A DNA stretch of 63,964 nt, counting the filler, from Craspedostauros australis (taxonomy: Eukaryota): NCBI GenBank assembly GCA_030167865.1. It is 22 parts of 22 records of this genome, joined end to end, with 100 filler letters (N's around TTAATTAATTAA, not from the genome) between each part and the next. Parts side by side here need not be neighbours in the genome. Positions count along the whole stretch, not along the records: positions 1 to 3,673 come from JALAGF010001956.1; positions 3,774 to 8,620 come from JALAGF010001957.1; positions 8,721 to 11,198 come from JALAGF010001958.1; positions 11,299 to 13,520 come from JALAGF010001959.1; 18 more parts are not named here. The stretch is one strand, 5' to 3'. Each line of letters opens with the position of its first letter. The stretch's first letter is position 1. The notes below the pieces were generated by a model. It had not been told where the DNA came from, did no database searches, and saw nothing but the letters and a program-made list of their open reading frames with translations. Shown here piece after piece: positions 1 through 11,832 of this stretch. A program made the translations under genes and the position numbers.

Positions 1-778
1 TTGCTTTTGGCGCGCAATTGTCCAAACTCGACAACGGCCAGACCTTTCCTTGTCCCCCCTCTTTTCAGTCACTAACCATTCCCGGTTCTCATGCTACGGT
101 CTGTCTAACCAACCAACGCACGTGGGAACTATATGCTCTCCAGATCCTGTCAGATGGGCTTCACCTGGATTCCCTTCCACTGCCACAGCGTCCGCTGACT
201 ATGCCGGCTCTGTCGTGGGTAATCCAAGCTGCTTCAACCTCAGCAATGGAATCCTAACGCAAGTCCAGACTACTGACTCCTGCTGCATCGCTCCCATCAC
301 TTCAACATCTGCTGAAGCCACAAGACCTTCTGCATGACGTCGACAGGAACCCAGAGGAGAAGGATAAAGGGAAAGTACAGCCTATTCTCAGCACTGAACT
401 GTGAGGATCAGTGCAGAGCCGTGTCAATACATTGAATATCGTTTCTTCATCCTGCCTACTACAATACAAACTCATAAATCCAAGTTCAGATTAGTACAAC
501 ACTACTACTCTATTCAATCGTTACATTTCTGATAGCCAACAGCGTTCAAGCCCAGTGAACTGCATCAATCAGCCTTCATCTGAAGCCGGCAGTCCACAAG
601 CCCCACTCCGGTTCGTCTACGAAACGTACACGAATTCCAACTGTCACACAATTTCCCATCTCCATTTTTGTATTCATGCTGTACATTCATTGTTCGACTT
701 GTACATTTCTATTCACCTGGTGTGCCACTGACATTCTGCTGGTCTTCATAAGGTTTCATAGTATCTGCGATTCCTGAC
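1..778. repeat. Dovetail overlap: reverse complement of 3774-4551
   Basis: Both ends match exactly on inspection, and the ORF track gives the same 95-aa translation at 50..337(+) and 4215..4502(-). Confidence 0.95.
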
Positions 779-1063
779 ACCCTTCCAAGCCGATGAAGAA
801 TAGCAATGAGTCAATCATCAATCTCTCTCTTCTGCCACTTTATTCAGCTGCATGTCTTACGTATGTCTCTTGTATGTCTCTCCCTTTCCGTTCTTGGTGA
901 ATCCATCCGCCAGGTTGTCCTCTGATAACATGAACACAAAATCCATCAGTCCATCCACCACGAATTCGCGTACGTAGTGGTATCTCGTGTCCGCATGCCT
1001 TGTTTGGTTCGAAGTTGATGGGTTGTTTGTCATATAGATGGTTCCCACGTCGTCCACCATCAC
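340..1063 (-). mobile_element. 3' end of Ty1/copia element: RNase H fragment, polypurine tract and start of 3' LTR (family A)
   Basis: ORF 857-1063 reads VDDVG..TRHADTRYHYVRE..SEDNLADGFTKN (copia RNase H C-terminus). On the minus strand GGAAGGG (786-780) is followed by TGTCAGGAATCG from 779. The distal LTR end is uncertain. Confidence 0.8.
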
Positions 1064-1827
1064 CTGAATCGGTATCAGCGCAACGCTATATCTCTAACAA
1101 TAGCGACACCCGTCGACCAATCAGAAATTTCTACTTTTCTTACCTTTTCCGTTCCGAGCGGAAATTTTGGTCGAAAATCCGTTGTGTCAAATTTGTGTCA
1201 CATTTTGCGTCGCAAGAACCGTTTTCCCATCAATCACAGATTCTAAAATATCGCGGAAATTGATTTCTTGCCAAGATGAACCACTCTGCCCAATCAGGAC
1301 AGACTTGGATCTTGGGTGTGACACATGCGAATCTTACCACGACCTTCTCAAGTGAATATGATCAATCGTGTGATCGTACTACTAGCAACATCGTGAGAAG
1401 ACGTAATTCACAACACGGGGTATCGCGGTGTTCTTGTTCATTGACTTTTGCAACTCTTCTTCACGCAGTAACACACACATTTGTCATGTTGTCTCCGTGT
1501 TAATTTTACTTGCAATTGCATGAGATCATGTCATGCCTCTCTCTGCTCACAGTTCCAAGAATACAATCTTGTGAGCTCAACAGCATCCTACCTACTCATA
1601 CGAATAACACTCAAATAACAAACACTCTTCCTCACCCCAACAATGATCTGATCACTCCACGTTTCGGTGCGGAATCCCATCTTCGATTTCGTTCTAACAG
1701 TATTGAAAACGTCATCGTACGATTGCTATGGTTTACTTCAGTCCCTCCAAGCTCCAACACAAATGCGAACATTTGGGGAGAACTCCCCACTGGTTGTCGC
1801 CACAACAGGTTCCAGGGGTGGCATATA

Positions 1828-2583
1828 TGTTGGAAATCTGGGGTTAAGGTAGTAGACTAATCTGTTATCAATCTGTACCAATTTAGAACTGTGAGAACAA
1901 ACTCCTTGACTCTCCAATTCCAATTCAGCAGCAAGTGTAATCCATAGCAGTTCACCATGATCATGCACTTGTTCATGGTTGCTTTCATCTGCTTCATCAT
2001 CTTGCTCTCATGCTCTCTTCTGCAGATTCATCATGCATTATCGTCTTGCTTTGCATCTTCTACATTTGAACAGCATCTCTCATAGACGCATGGGTACCTT
2101 CAGCATGGGTCTCATCCTGATCGATCCCACATGGTCTTCGGTTCCTCAGTATTCCTCCTGTGCTATCATCACATACTCACTGGTCATGTTCAATCCATGT
2201 CGCGTCGTCATTCGTGCTCTTGAGCGGATAGGGGCATCGCCTCCGTTTCTCTTTCTCAGAGAAGCGATCCCTTGTCTGTCGATGCGCGTCGACATGTCTG
2301 ACACATATCGACAGTTTCGCCCATAGTCTTGGCTCATGTGCGATTACATCCCTAGAGGTCGATCCATAGGTTCGCCCTCATTACAGCGGTGGTACATGGA
2401 TAGGCTCCATGGTGGGACATGACTGATGTTGATGTCATTCATGGACAGAGGGTTGATGGGGGACAGGCTACAAGATGGTCTGAGTGTTATCAACAAAGTT
2501 GACCTTGTCGAGTTGTGAAGACATTATTGGGAGGTGCGGCAATCATGGGTATCTTGGTAAAAGCGTACCCCCGATTCCTGACA
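1828..2583 (-). mobile_element. Solo LTR, family A (756 bp), 6-bp TSD CATATA
   Basis: Minus strand TGTCAGGAATCG...CTCACAGTTC...AGATTTCCAACA, with CATATA at 1822-1827 and 2584-2589. Confidence 0.9.
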
Positions 2584-3177
2584 CATATAGTTACAAGCGG
2601 TAACTCTCTTGTGAATTTCCTCAATTGCACAGAATGAGTTTTGGGATCATCGGATGACTGTATCAGCCAGCTGCCAGACAGTACGACCCAGATCTTGTAT
2701 GATGACTTCTGCGCACCGCCGGAATAGTGGTTACGTTCGTGAGCATGTGGTAGCAACAGAATCCTTTCAGAGCAGAAGAGGACACACAATTTCGAGGACC
2801 ACAGCTCGAAACAGCAGCAACAACAGCAACAGCACCAACTAACGCTAGATAGGATTGTCTTCTGTGTGTCTTGAGGTCTCTCCTTTGCAGCATCTACCAG
2901 GTCGCAAGCGTCAGAATTCATTCTGCGCGACCTTGGCTCGTATAGGCGCGCCACTTTTTTCCAGCGAGTTCAGTCGTACACATGATATGGTCCAATGAAT
3001 CGATTGAGTTAGTATTCCGTGTCTTCTGCACATTGTTAGGAGGATGATCTGTCCTTCAACCGGTTTTGACGCCGTTTGATGTTGAGGGCAAAGCTGTATC
3101 AGATGATGATGTAACTGTAGTAGACTTGGGAGTAAGCTGTAAAGATTGTTTCTGATTGCTTGTTTTATGTGTTAAGC

Positions 3178-3673
3178 TTACAGTTGATGGGGCGATCGAG
3201 TAAAAGGGGCAGGGTTCACGCTGTCGCACTTCAGCCGTTCGTGTTGTTCAGCAACATGTCGTGATGGTTCTGCACACTCACAGCTGTTCAGTAGTCCCAT
3301 CCGTAGAGCAGTACTTGATTCATGGGTGTGGATATGCTTCAAGATGCTCGCAAGATTTGTAGGATGGCTGGCTGGACAGGTGGCGTGGTTGCATGAGCTG
3401 GAGGGTGAGCGGAGCATGGATTGTGGTTCAACTACACGCCATGCGCGCGGTAGCCTTTCATTGTAGTATCGGGTTCGGATACCGGATACCGTGTACGCGA
3501 CATGGACAATTGAGTCCCTGGCGAGTCCCGGACCAAGTCTGTCCCAACTGATTGTGTTGAATCGTCGTCTGTCCGTCACTTCGACCCGGAACAATCAAGA
3601 CAACACAAACACATGCCGAAAGGTGACAGAGAGGTCGACCATGGCGAAAGGTCGAATTGTGCGCCGTCGCTTG
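3178..3673 (-). pseudogene. Possible degenerate LINE ORF2 C-terminal fragment
   Basis: FNTISWDRLGPGL...ERLP...CPA...HI loosely resembles the 3' zinc-knuckle region of diatom non-LTR elements. Heavily decayed. Confidence 0.3.
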
Positions 3674-3773
3674 NNNNNNNNNNNNNNNNNNNNNNNNNNN
3701 NNNNNNNNNNNNNNNNNTTAATTAATTAANNNNNNNNNNNNNNNNNNNNNNNNNNNNNNNNNNNNNNNNNNNN
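3674..3773. other. Artificial contig linker (first of 21)
   Basis: N-run + TTAATTAATTAA (stops in all six frames) + N-run. Recurs starting at about 8621, 11199, 13521, 20736, 22524, 25257, 27959, 29382, 31598, 35320, 39812, 41816, 44302, 46409, 55012, 56150, 57556, 58721, 60089 and 62827. Confidence 0.99.
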
Positions 3774-4870
3774 GTCAGGAATCGCAGATACTATGAAACC
3801 TTATGAAGACCAGCAGAATGTCAGTGGCACACCAGGTGAATAGAAATGTACAAGTCGAACAATGAATGTACAGCATGAATACAAAAATGGAGATGGGAAA
3901 TTGTGTGACAGTTGGAATTCGTGTACGTTTCGTAGACGAACCGGAGTGGGGCTTGTGGACTGCCGGCTTCAGATGAAGGCTGATTGATGCAGTTCACTGG
4001 GCTTGAACGCTGTTGGCTATCAGAAATGTAACGATTGAATAGAGTAGTAGTGTTGTACTAATCTGAACTTGGATTTATGAGTTTGTATTGTAGTAGGCAG
4101 GATGAAGAAACGATATTCAATGTATTGACACGGCTCTGCACTGATCCTCACAGTTCAGTGCTGAGAATAGGCTGTACTTTCCCTTTATCCTTCTCCTCTG
4201 GGTTCCTGTCGACGTCATGCAGAAGGTCTTGTGGCTTCAGCAGATGTTGAAGTGATGGGAGCGATGCAGCAGGAGTCAGTAGTCTGGACTTGCGTTAGGA
4301 TTCCATTGCTGAGGTTGAAGCAGCTTGGATTACCCACGACAGAGCCGGCATAGTCAGCGGACGCTGTGGCAGTGGAAGGGAATCCAGGTGAAGCCCATCT
4401 GACAGGATCTGGAGAGCATATAGTTCCCACGTGCGTTGGTTGGTTAGACAGACCGTAGCATGAGAACCGGGAATGGTTAGTGACTGAAAAGAGGGGGGAC
4501 AAGGAAAGGTCTGGCCGTTGTCGAGTTTGGACAATTGCGCGCCAAAAGCAATTTCAAGCAACGACACGGGACACCCTATAGGGAAAGTAGTTGGTTCTTA
4601 GTTGAACTGCAATTGTGACAAGATGGAAATCTTGGTCTCATGATTCGCCATCGAGAACAACAAACGATAACAATAAAATGAAATGAAGCACAATTTGCGT
4701 GAAACAAGGACTCTCAATTTATGCCAAGTGGATTTCTTAACACATGAAGACCCAATGAAGAGGGCGAGTTTGCCATCATCCGTAAGGTGGCTGGCCCAAA
4801 CCCTTCAAGACCTGGTGTTGGCGCGGAATCGGAGGAAGAATGTACTTGTGCTACTGCTCCCACAGGCCAC

Positions 4871-7621
4871 TTAGGTGCAGGTGTCTGGGCAAGAGCTGCC
4901 GGAGGCAATGGTGAAGACGGCAGCGAGAGGCTCGCAGGTGAGATTCACGTGGTGGAAGGATTGGCATAGGTTGCAGTCGGCGTTTCTCTGGACAAAGGGA
5001 TCGTTGCACACGCTGTTGCCGAGGATGATGTCTGCGTTAAAGTAGACGCTGAAGCCCAGTCGATCGCAGGAGTCCTCTGGCACGCAAGTACCATCACTGA
5101 TAATTGTGTCTCCCTCGAACTGGTTGTAGTCTGTGCCGGTGAAGTAGTAGTGAGAGTTCATTTTCCTGCACGAGTTGGCGTTGACACAGGACCCGGCTCC
5201 CACAATAGTGTTGGACACACGCTTGTTGTCGGTGGTGCCGTTGCCCCGTTTGGGTCCTATGGTGGCGTAGTCTGCTGGTCCAGAACCCATGCCAATGCAG
5301 GCTTCTGATGCAGCGCATGATCCTGCGCCAATAATGGCGTGGCCATTGGAGTTTTCCGCAAGGAATTTGCATGCTTTCTCTCCAGTGCACGATCCTGGGC
5401 CAATAATGGAGGCCTTGTCACTTCCAGAGTTGAAGTTGAAGAGGCGGCATGAAGAAATGCCAGAGTGGCAGGATCCCTGGAAGATCATGGACTGAGTCTC
5501 GATTTTTCTGCATGCCTCGGTCCCAATGCAACTGTTGGATGCGATAGACGCAATGCCGGTCCAGGTGCAGCCCAAGGATCCATCGCAGCATGTGCGTCCT
5601 GGCGTGCCACACCAAGCCATAGCATCATCAGCGGTTCCCGTGAACATCTCACCGGGGGCGGAAGCGGCCGCCTTGAAGATATCGAGGACACCGGTCTTTC
5701 CGCTGATGGTATTGAAGAGAGCGACACCGTCAGCAATGGTTGCCTGGTTTTCGAAGATCCCAAGGAGATCAGCTTCGCCTTCGATAGTGGAGAGAAGTTC
5801 TGCTCCCTCGGCTGTGCTTGGTGTTCCGAGAGCAGACAGGAATGCCGATGTCGGTGCTGAAGTTGGCGCGCTCGTTGGAGCGCTGGTCGGTGCTGAAGTC
5901 GGAGCGCTGGTCGGTGCCGAGGTAGGAGCCGATGTTGGTGCTGAAGTTGGAACCGATGTTGGTGCGCTGGTCGGTGCCGAGGTAGGGGCCGATGTTGGTG
6001 CTGAAGTTGGTACGCTAGTCGGTGTCGAGGTCGGCGAAGCAGTGGGGGCCGATGTCGGTGCTGACGTTGGCGCGCTCGTTGGTGCGCTGGTCGGCGCAGA
6101 TGTCGGCAAAGCAGTTGGAGCAGTGGGGGATGATGTGGGAGGTGACGTGGCAGGCGTTGGGAAAGGGGTGGGGAAAAAGGTTGGAGAGTCTGTGGGCAAG
6201 GCGTCTTTGCCAATACAGTACTCATCCACCTTGTCACCAGTGGGATTATTGTTGGTGTCCTTGCCTCCTTTTGGACAGGCCCCATCGACATCGCTGATGA
6301 TGTAGACTTTGTCGGAGTCGCACTCCGTCTTCGTCATGCATCCTCTGCAGCTATCAACACTGCCGCATCCACCAGGAGGGACAACGAGGTCGGTCCTCAT
6401 CCTGTCGTGGAAGCCCATCTTCTCACATGACCCATTGGCGGCACAGCCACCAGCACCAATGGTCAGGCTGCCTGCATACTTGCCCGCAGTACCATGATTG
6501 ACAGTGGAATGGGCATCCTTGCAGGCATTGCTGCCGACGCACGCATTCTCACCAATGTCGATATGGCTGCGGAAGCGAAAGGATGGTGCTGATTGCTCCA
6601 CACGACGGCCAGATGCATTGCATGCGTCTGGCCCAACGCATGCACCAGTCTGGATGGTGACATCACCATGAGAACGACGCCCCACTCCCTCACAAGATTG
6701 AGGGGTGGTGCATGCCATCTCACCAACAAAGGTGACTCCTGTGATGGACGGGTTGATTTCATTTTCGTTCATCAACTCGCATGCACTTGTGCCAGTGCAG
6801 GAAGAATCGAGGATGAGGGGATTGGGGCCCATGTCCTTGCATGCGCTGTCACCGGTGCATGCAGTGATCGCAACAGTCATGAATGGAGGAGAGTTGGAGG
6901 CGGAACCAGTGACTGAGGTGCATCCCGAGGATCCTTGGCAGCATGGGTCTGCGACAGCAGGCGATTGCATCGCAGCAATGTCCGCGCATGCTGCCTTCAT
7001 CGTATCCGGTCGTTCGGTGACGAGGAGCTGTTTGGTTGCAGCGACCAGGGCCAATTGGCCAGCAAGGACGTCATTCGACGCGTACTTGTTGAAGAGCTTG
7101 CGTGCATCTCCTTCACCGAGGTCTCCAGCGCAGGCGAAGAAATTCTGCAGCTCCGCGGAGTCCTTGACGGCGGTCACTGCCTCACGGCAGGATGATTTGT
7201 TCGCATCGCAAATGATGGTCTTGGGGCTTGCCTCTTGTGTTGTGAGAGTGGTGGTGCCATCCGGCTTGCAAATGATCTTGATGGTGGAATCAAAGACCGC
7301 TGGGGCAGCTGATGGTTTGGATGTTGGCAGGCGGGTGGGCTGGGAGGTCTGTGAGGCAGTTGGCGACCCAGTAGGCAATGCGGTTGGCGCTGTTGTTTCC
7401 GCACCAGCCGGGTTCTCAGTGGGTGGCAGTCGGTTGTTCTTGTTGCCCTTGTTGGTGTTTGCGTCACCGTCGGCGTCCTTGAGGATGCGGGTCTTCATCA
7501 TCATCATGTGGAGTTCCTCGGTTGGATCCACAGGAATCCTGTTGCCACGGAGAGCAGCATGGGTTATTGCCGTGTTGGTGACAGCGATAAAAGCCACGAA
7601 GGCTGCCTTGGCGTAGAGCAT
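4871..7621 (-). CDS. Secreted Cys-rich, Pro/Thr/Ser-repeat (mucin-like) protein, 916 aa
   Basis: ATG at 7621 starts a hydrophobic signal peptide MLYAKAAFVAFIAV..., followed by LRG and RIL motifs, two PTS linkers and two domains of GxCxGxxAC-type repeats. Uninterrupted ORF. Confidence 0.85.
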   Translation of the reverse strand: MLYAKAAFVAFIAVTNTAITHAALRGNRIPVDPTEELHMMMMKTRILKDADGDANTNKGNKNNRLPPTENPAGAETTAPTALPTGSPTASQTSQPTRLPTSKPSAAPAVFDSTIKIICKPDGTTTLTTQEASPKTIICDANKSSCREAVTAVKDSAELQNFFACAGDLGEGDARKLFNKYASNDVLAGQLALVAATKQLLVTERPDTMKAACADIAAMQSPAVADPCCQGSSGCTSVTGSASNSPPFMTVAITACTGDSACKDMGPNPLILDSSCTGTSACELMNENEINPSITGVTFVGEMACTTPQSCEGVGRRSHGDVTIQTGACVGPDACNASGRRVEQSAPSFRFRSHIDIGENACVGSNACKDAHSTVNHGTAGKYAGSLTIGAGGCAANGSCEKMGFHDRMRTDLVVPPGGCGSVDSCRGCMTKTECDSDKVYIISDVDGACPKGGKDTNNNPTGDKVDEYCIGKDALPTDSPTFFPTPFPTPATSPPTSSPTAPTALPTSAPTSAPTSAPTSAPTSAPTASPTSTPTSVPTSAPTSAPTSAPTSAPTSVPTSAPTSAPTSAPTSAPTSAPTSAPTSAPTSAPTSAFLSALGTPSTAEGAELLSTIEGEADLLGIFENQATIADGVALFNTISGKTGVLDIFKAAASAPGEMFTGTADDAMAWCGTPGRTCCDGSLGCTWTGIASIASNSCIGTEACRKIETQSMIFQGSCHSGISSCRLFNFNSGSDKASIIGPGSCTGEKACKFLAENSNGHAIIGAGSCAASEACIGMGSGPADYATIGPKRGNGTTDNKRVSNTIVGAGSCVNANSCRKMNSHYYFTGTDYNQFEGDTIISDGTCVPEDSCDRLGFSVYFNADIILGNSVCNDPFVQRNADCNLCQSFHHVNLTCEPLAAVFTIASGSSCPDTCT
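5845..6105 (-). repeat. Coding 12-bp tandem repeat (APTS)n
   Basis: About 20 degenerate PTSA units in the translation. Confidence 0.9.
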
Positions 7622-8394
7622 CTTTGCTGTTGTCTTCGTCGCCGTCGTGAGACTGTTTGGTTCTGCACGTCGGGCGCATTTGTATGTGTGCATGTATGCG
7701 TACGNNNNNNNNNNNNNNNNNNNNNNNNNNNNNNNNNNNNNNNNNNNNNNNNNNNNNNNNNNNNNNCATAAGTTTGGCCGCGAGTTCCGTCCCACGAAGA
7801 ACGGCAACGATTGTGAGTGTTGCAGTGATGTGTTCGTTTGTGTGAGCAGAATTGTTGGTGTGTGAAATGACGTGAGACGTGGTGGCGAGCAACGACAACG
7901 ACAGCAATCAATGATGATCAACAATATCCATCAATCGACGCAACGTCGTGACGATCCGATCACGTCAAGATTGCGCACACAGGAGGCATCAGTTGCGTAT
8001 GCGAAGAGAAGGGAAAGGGAAGGGGAGAGCAGGAACGATGGTGATGGAAAAGAGCAGCTTGAGTTAGATCGGCTTGGAGGAGGTGCGGGATGTGAGCACC
8101 GGGATGTGAGCACCGGAATGTGAAGCAGCGCGCGTCTAGCATCGGCATGACACGAGGCATCCTGAACGAGATGGTCATCATCGACAGGGGCCGCAGAACC
8201 GCTGAACAACGATCCGCGAAGATTGACTGGAACGTAGTAGGTATGGTGCTCATACTCGCAGGTAGCTTGCATCTCGAGCGTTGGTGCATGCTGCCGTTTC
8301 ACCAGTGCTGCTGTATCATCTGCGACACTATCCGCGGCTCATGTGCGTGTTGACGTCGGTTTTGCAAATGAATGCACTCTCCGTTGTGTAGGTG

Positions 8395-8447
8395 TGCGTG
8401 CGCATCTGCGCGTGTGCATCTGCGCGTGTGCATCTGCGCGTGTGCGT
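8395..8447 (+). repeat. 14-bp tandem repeat GTGCATCTGCGCGT x3
   Basis: Directly visible. Confidence 0.85.
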
Positions 8448-8772
8448 GTCTGTTGTCGATTCTTCCTCATGCATCAGCTCGGCTTCCATCCCCTTTCTTC
8501 GTGATGTGCGCGTACCTTGTGGGCTGTTTCTCTTCGTTGCGGCCTCAGAGGGGCCTGTCGTCTCCTGGCAACGCTTGCTGGTTGTTAGTTGATGGCTGGT
8601 TGTTGGCGTTTCCGATCTGANNNNNNNNNNNNNNNNNNNNNNNNNNNNNNNNNNNNNNNNNNNNTTAATTAATTAANNNNNNNNNNNNNNNNNNNNNNNN
8701 NNNNNNNNNNNNNNNNNNNNGAGGCAAGTTGTGAATGGAGCCGAAGCGTGGCACAAATTTGCGAAATGATGG

Positions 8773-9167
8773 CGATGATGTGTTTTGTGTGATGTGTTTT
8801 GTGTCATCTGTTTTGTGACGAGCAGAATGTGGAATCATGCGCCACATGCTAACGTGTAATTAACGCGTACCAAACGACTGACACCTTCGGAAGCATGTCC
8901 GTGACTGATCACCTCACGATAAATACGTGAGAACATGATAGAACCTTCTGCGGACAACAACGGGTTTTGTGCTGTTGGACCAACGTGACTGCTATACATA
9001 CATAGATCACTCCATAAAACTTAAAATAAGGATCTAACAAAAAATGTAACGGTTAATTATGTATAAGTAGACTATAAGGATTACGAATATGTGCTTGGTT
9101 TGGATATCGCAGATGAAAAGTTAGAATGTCCATTTCAAAGTGTTGGTCGACTCACTCGGGTGGCTCA
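8773..9167 (-). mobile_element. Terminus of putative DNA transposon (homologous to 27578-27958)
   Basis: Minus strand begins TA|TGAGCCACCCGAGTGAGTCGACC, has an AT-rich interior and CACAAAACACAT subterminal repeats, and is collinear with 27578-27958. Confidence 0.7.
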
Positions 9168-9275
9168 TATCCACGATCTCGATGATGCTCCGTCATCGAA
9201 TCATTGTCTTCTTGAACTGATCTGGAGACAGGTGTCGACGTGGTGACTCGATGACATCCTGTCGACGTCAACTGT
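9168..9275 (+). repeat. Fragment of repeat family C (arms of the 25357-26248 inverted repeat)
   Basis: GTCATCGAATC...GTCGACGTGGTGAC...GACATCCTGTCGACGTCA matches 26120-26228 and the reverse complement of 25385-25480. Confidence 0.75.
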
Positions 9276-10058
9276 TGTCAGGAATCGGGTGTTCGGAAAC
9301 ACCGAATTCCCGCACCTCCCAATAATGGAGAGTCGAGCGTCATTAAACAAAATATTACCGCACCTCCCGCTTTGGATCTTTGTGACGCCAGAATTGTGAG
9401 CTGCACGTGCTTTTGAGGTGGAGAACGCCACGTGCCGAATGCGGACCGGATCGTGACGTTCATGACCGCAATGCAGGAATGGGAGCCACGCGTGTATGTC
9501 GCAGGGGGCGGCGATGTTGGATTTGTGACCAGCATCACGATACACGCGACTATGGCCCCCATGTCGCAACGAACAAGAAAAGAGTATTCGAGACTGGCCG
9601 GCATCACGAAGAGTGAGACAGCTTGTGAATGGGTCCCTGATGATGAACTGTTGAATGATCGGAAAAGGATTGGAGAGCATCAGAGATGTCCCAAGATGAG
9701 AAGTCAGAGGAGGAAACATCCAAGCTGTTCTTGTGAAACATGGAGACTGTGATCCAACCAAATGGAACAAGTCAGGTGATGCCTGCAACTTGGCGATGTC
9801 TAAGTCAACAAAACTATTGGTGGGAAGACAACATGATGAGTGCACGGACATGGGGCACTTGGTGGTGCATACATGTCCATGGTGAATTCGAGATGAATGC
9901 AAGATGTATGTATGCTAGACCAATGGATGGACCCATGGAGGTCTCAGGAGGAGATCGAACTTTGGAAGTTGAGAGCAATGAAGAGCTCACAGTTCAGAGA
10001 AGTAGATTCTAACAAACGATTAGCTTTCTACTATCACCGCCAACCTGGATTTCCAACA
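9276..10058 (+). mobile_element. LTR, family A (783 bp), no matching TSD
   Basis: TGTCAGGAATCG...GAGCTCACAGTTC...CCTGGATTTCCAACA. Flanks are AACTGT and TGGGAC. Confidence 0.8.
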
Positions 10059-10508
10059 TGGGACACCATAGGTTGGAGGAAGTCTGTCCCTTATTGAACT
10101 TCAACTCCGTGTGCCCTTGAGGAGCCGAACCACACGCAATCTCCTCTTCATCCCAAGCGCGCGTTCACATTTCTCTTCTTCCATCCGCATACTCTACCAG
10201 TACTGGACTTCGCAGCAAGCAAATCAAACACCCATCTCCAATTGGATCCAACTTGCTTGCAGTATGGTTTCATGCGATGTCCACCAACACCCCGTGGCTT
10301 CGTGGCGATGTACTTCATGTGCATCTACAAGTAGAGAGTGCTGTGTCATTAATCTACCAATGCTTTACTCGTACAGTGCTGCACTTCTACACTACAAATT
10401 CATTGCTCTGACCATCACGCTGTCTTCATCTTCCCCCTTCAGTGCCCGATCCACACTGATCGCATGAGCCTACCAATACGATGGGGAGCGGCTGTTCGTT
10501 TCGATTCC

Positions 10509-10856
10509 CGTTGTTTCCCAGCAGCGGACTTACCCGTTTTGGACGAGGACACTGCCTGGCTCACTGGTGACAACTAGTACTCAGGAATGAAGTGTAACTA
10601 AGAAACTAAATTGTGAGAATGATTATGCATGGATCTTGCTTCATTGGTTTGCTTGGCGTTCGCTTTGCTCTCCGAAGTTTCTCCTCTTTTTGGTTTGAAT
10701 GTATTGTGCATCCGTGTTTACGGTGGCGTTGGTTGGCAGAACGGCTTGAACCAACCATGCCTTTCCTCCAGGACCCGATTTGAAGTAGAATGTTGTCCGG
10801 GACGGTAGTTCTCGACTGCAGGACTTTCTGAGTCTTGGATACCATATTATCCCACA
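10509..10856 (-). mobile_element. Solo LTR, family B (348 bp), 5-bp TSD ATTCC
   Basis: Minus strand TGTGGGATAATATGGTATCC...GGGAAACAACG, with ATTCC at 10504-10508 and 10857-10861. Homologous to 28458-28888. Confidence 0.88.
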
Positions 10857-11832
10857 ATTCCGTGTTCAGGTTGTGTCGTGTTAGAACAGGTATTTGTATC
10901 TCTAGACAGTCGCAGCTTCGACTAAGGTGGCCTGGTAGGCAGAGCGGTTCGATTCCGCAGCACCTTATGCTGCAACAGTGTCGGACTCAGATTCGCAAGA
11001 TTGCTCAAGTTCGGCAATGGCCATGGCAATGTTCATGCTCATTTGCGAGGAACGGTATTGATCACGCCCGTCAATCAACATGCTCATGCCCGTGCGCTGG
11101 GACGAGAGACGGTTCATTTTGGACTTCACGATATCATCATCGTGATGAGGCAACGCATACTGGGAGACCCTGCGTGTTGCCAACGGTTGGCTGGAGCCNN
11201 NNNNNNNNNNNNNNNNNNNNNNNNNNNNNNNNNNNNNNNNNNTTAATTAATTAANNNNNNNNNNNNNNNNNNNNNNNNNNNNNNNNNNNNNNNNNNNNAT
11301 GATGAATATACCTACTACCAATCAAAAGCACCACGAGTACTCTGTGTTTCACAGTTTTAATGTATGTACAATGCCATAGAGACGTCTGTATGGCCATCAA
11401 CTGACGGTACGGTCAAGCGCCAGTTTCCGATCGATCAATCAATCAATCAATTAGCCAACCGACCAACCAACCAATCCAGCTGGCCAATAGAACTATTGCG
11501 ACTTAAAACAACAACCCTTTCAAATGGAAGCACCACCGCATCAACGCCAGATACGTCTTGGACACAGCCTCAATAGATGGGACATCAATGGCACGCGCGT
11601 ACGTTCCCAAATCTCGNGCCACGNCATCGATCNNNGTCAACAGCCCATTGTCTGCTGCGGCGAACCCAATCCCTGCATCATGGACCAAGTCTCCATGACT
11701 GCTGCCCTCTTGGTAGACGACCGGCAATCCTCTCTCCGAGACGGTCACAACCATTCGGTCTATATTGTGTTTGAGTGCGATGGTATGGTGGTATGCTTGT
11801 GTTTAGTGCTCCCGCGGAGGTCGGAATGATAT

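Noticed and set aside
1066..1090. GGTATCAGCG as a tRNA-Met primer-binding site
   Set aside because: Imperfect match with no LTR end directly upstream and no gag downstream.
2490..2954. ORF with a poly-Cys run
   Set aside because: Translation of a (CAR)n microsatellite, and the ORF runs into an LTR.
1..4551. 778-bp terminal inverted repeats defining a 4.5-kb element
   Set aside because: Spans a linker; same dovetail artefact.
5485..7616. Long antisense or alternate-frame ORFs over real genes (also 35512-36606, 40818-41810, 52774-53856, 60304-61515)
   Set aside because: Shadow ORFs caused by codon bias and low complexity; no independent motifs.
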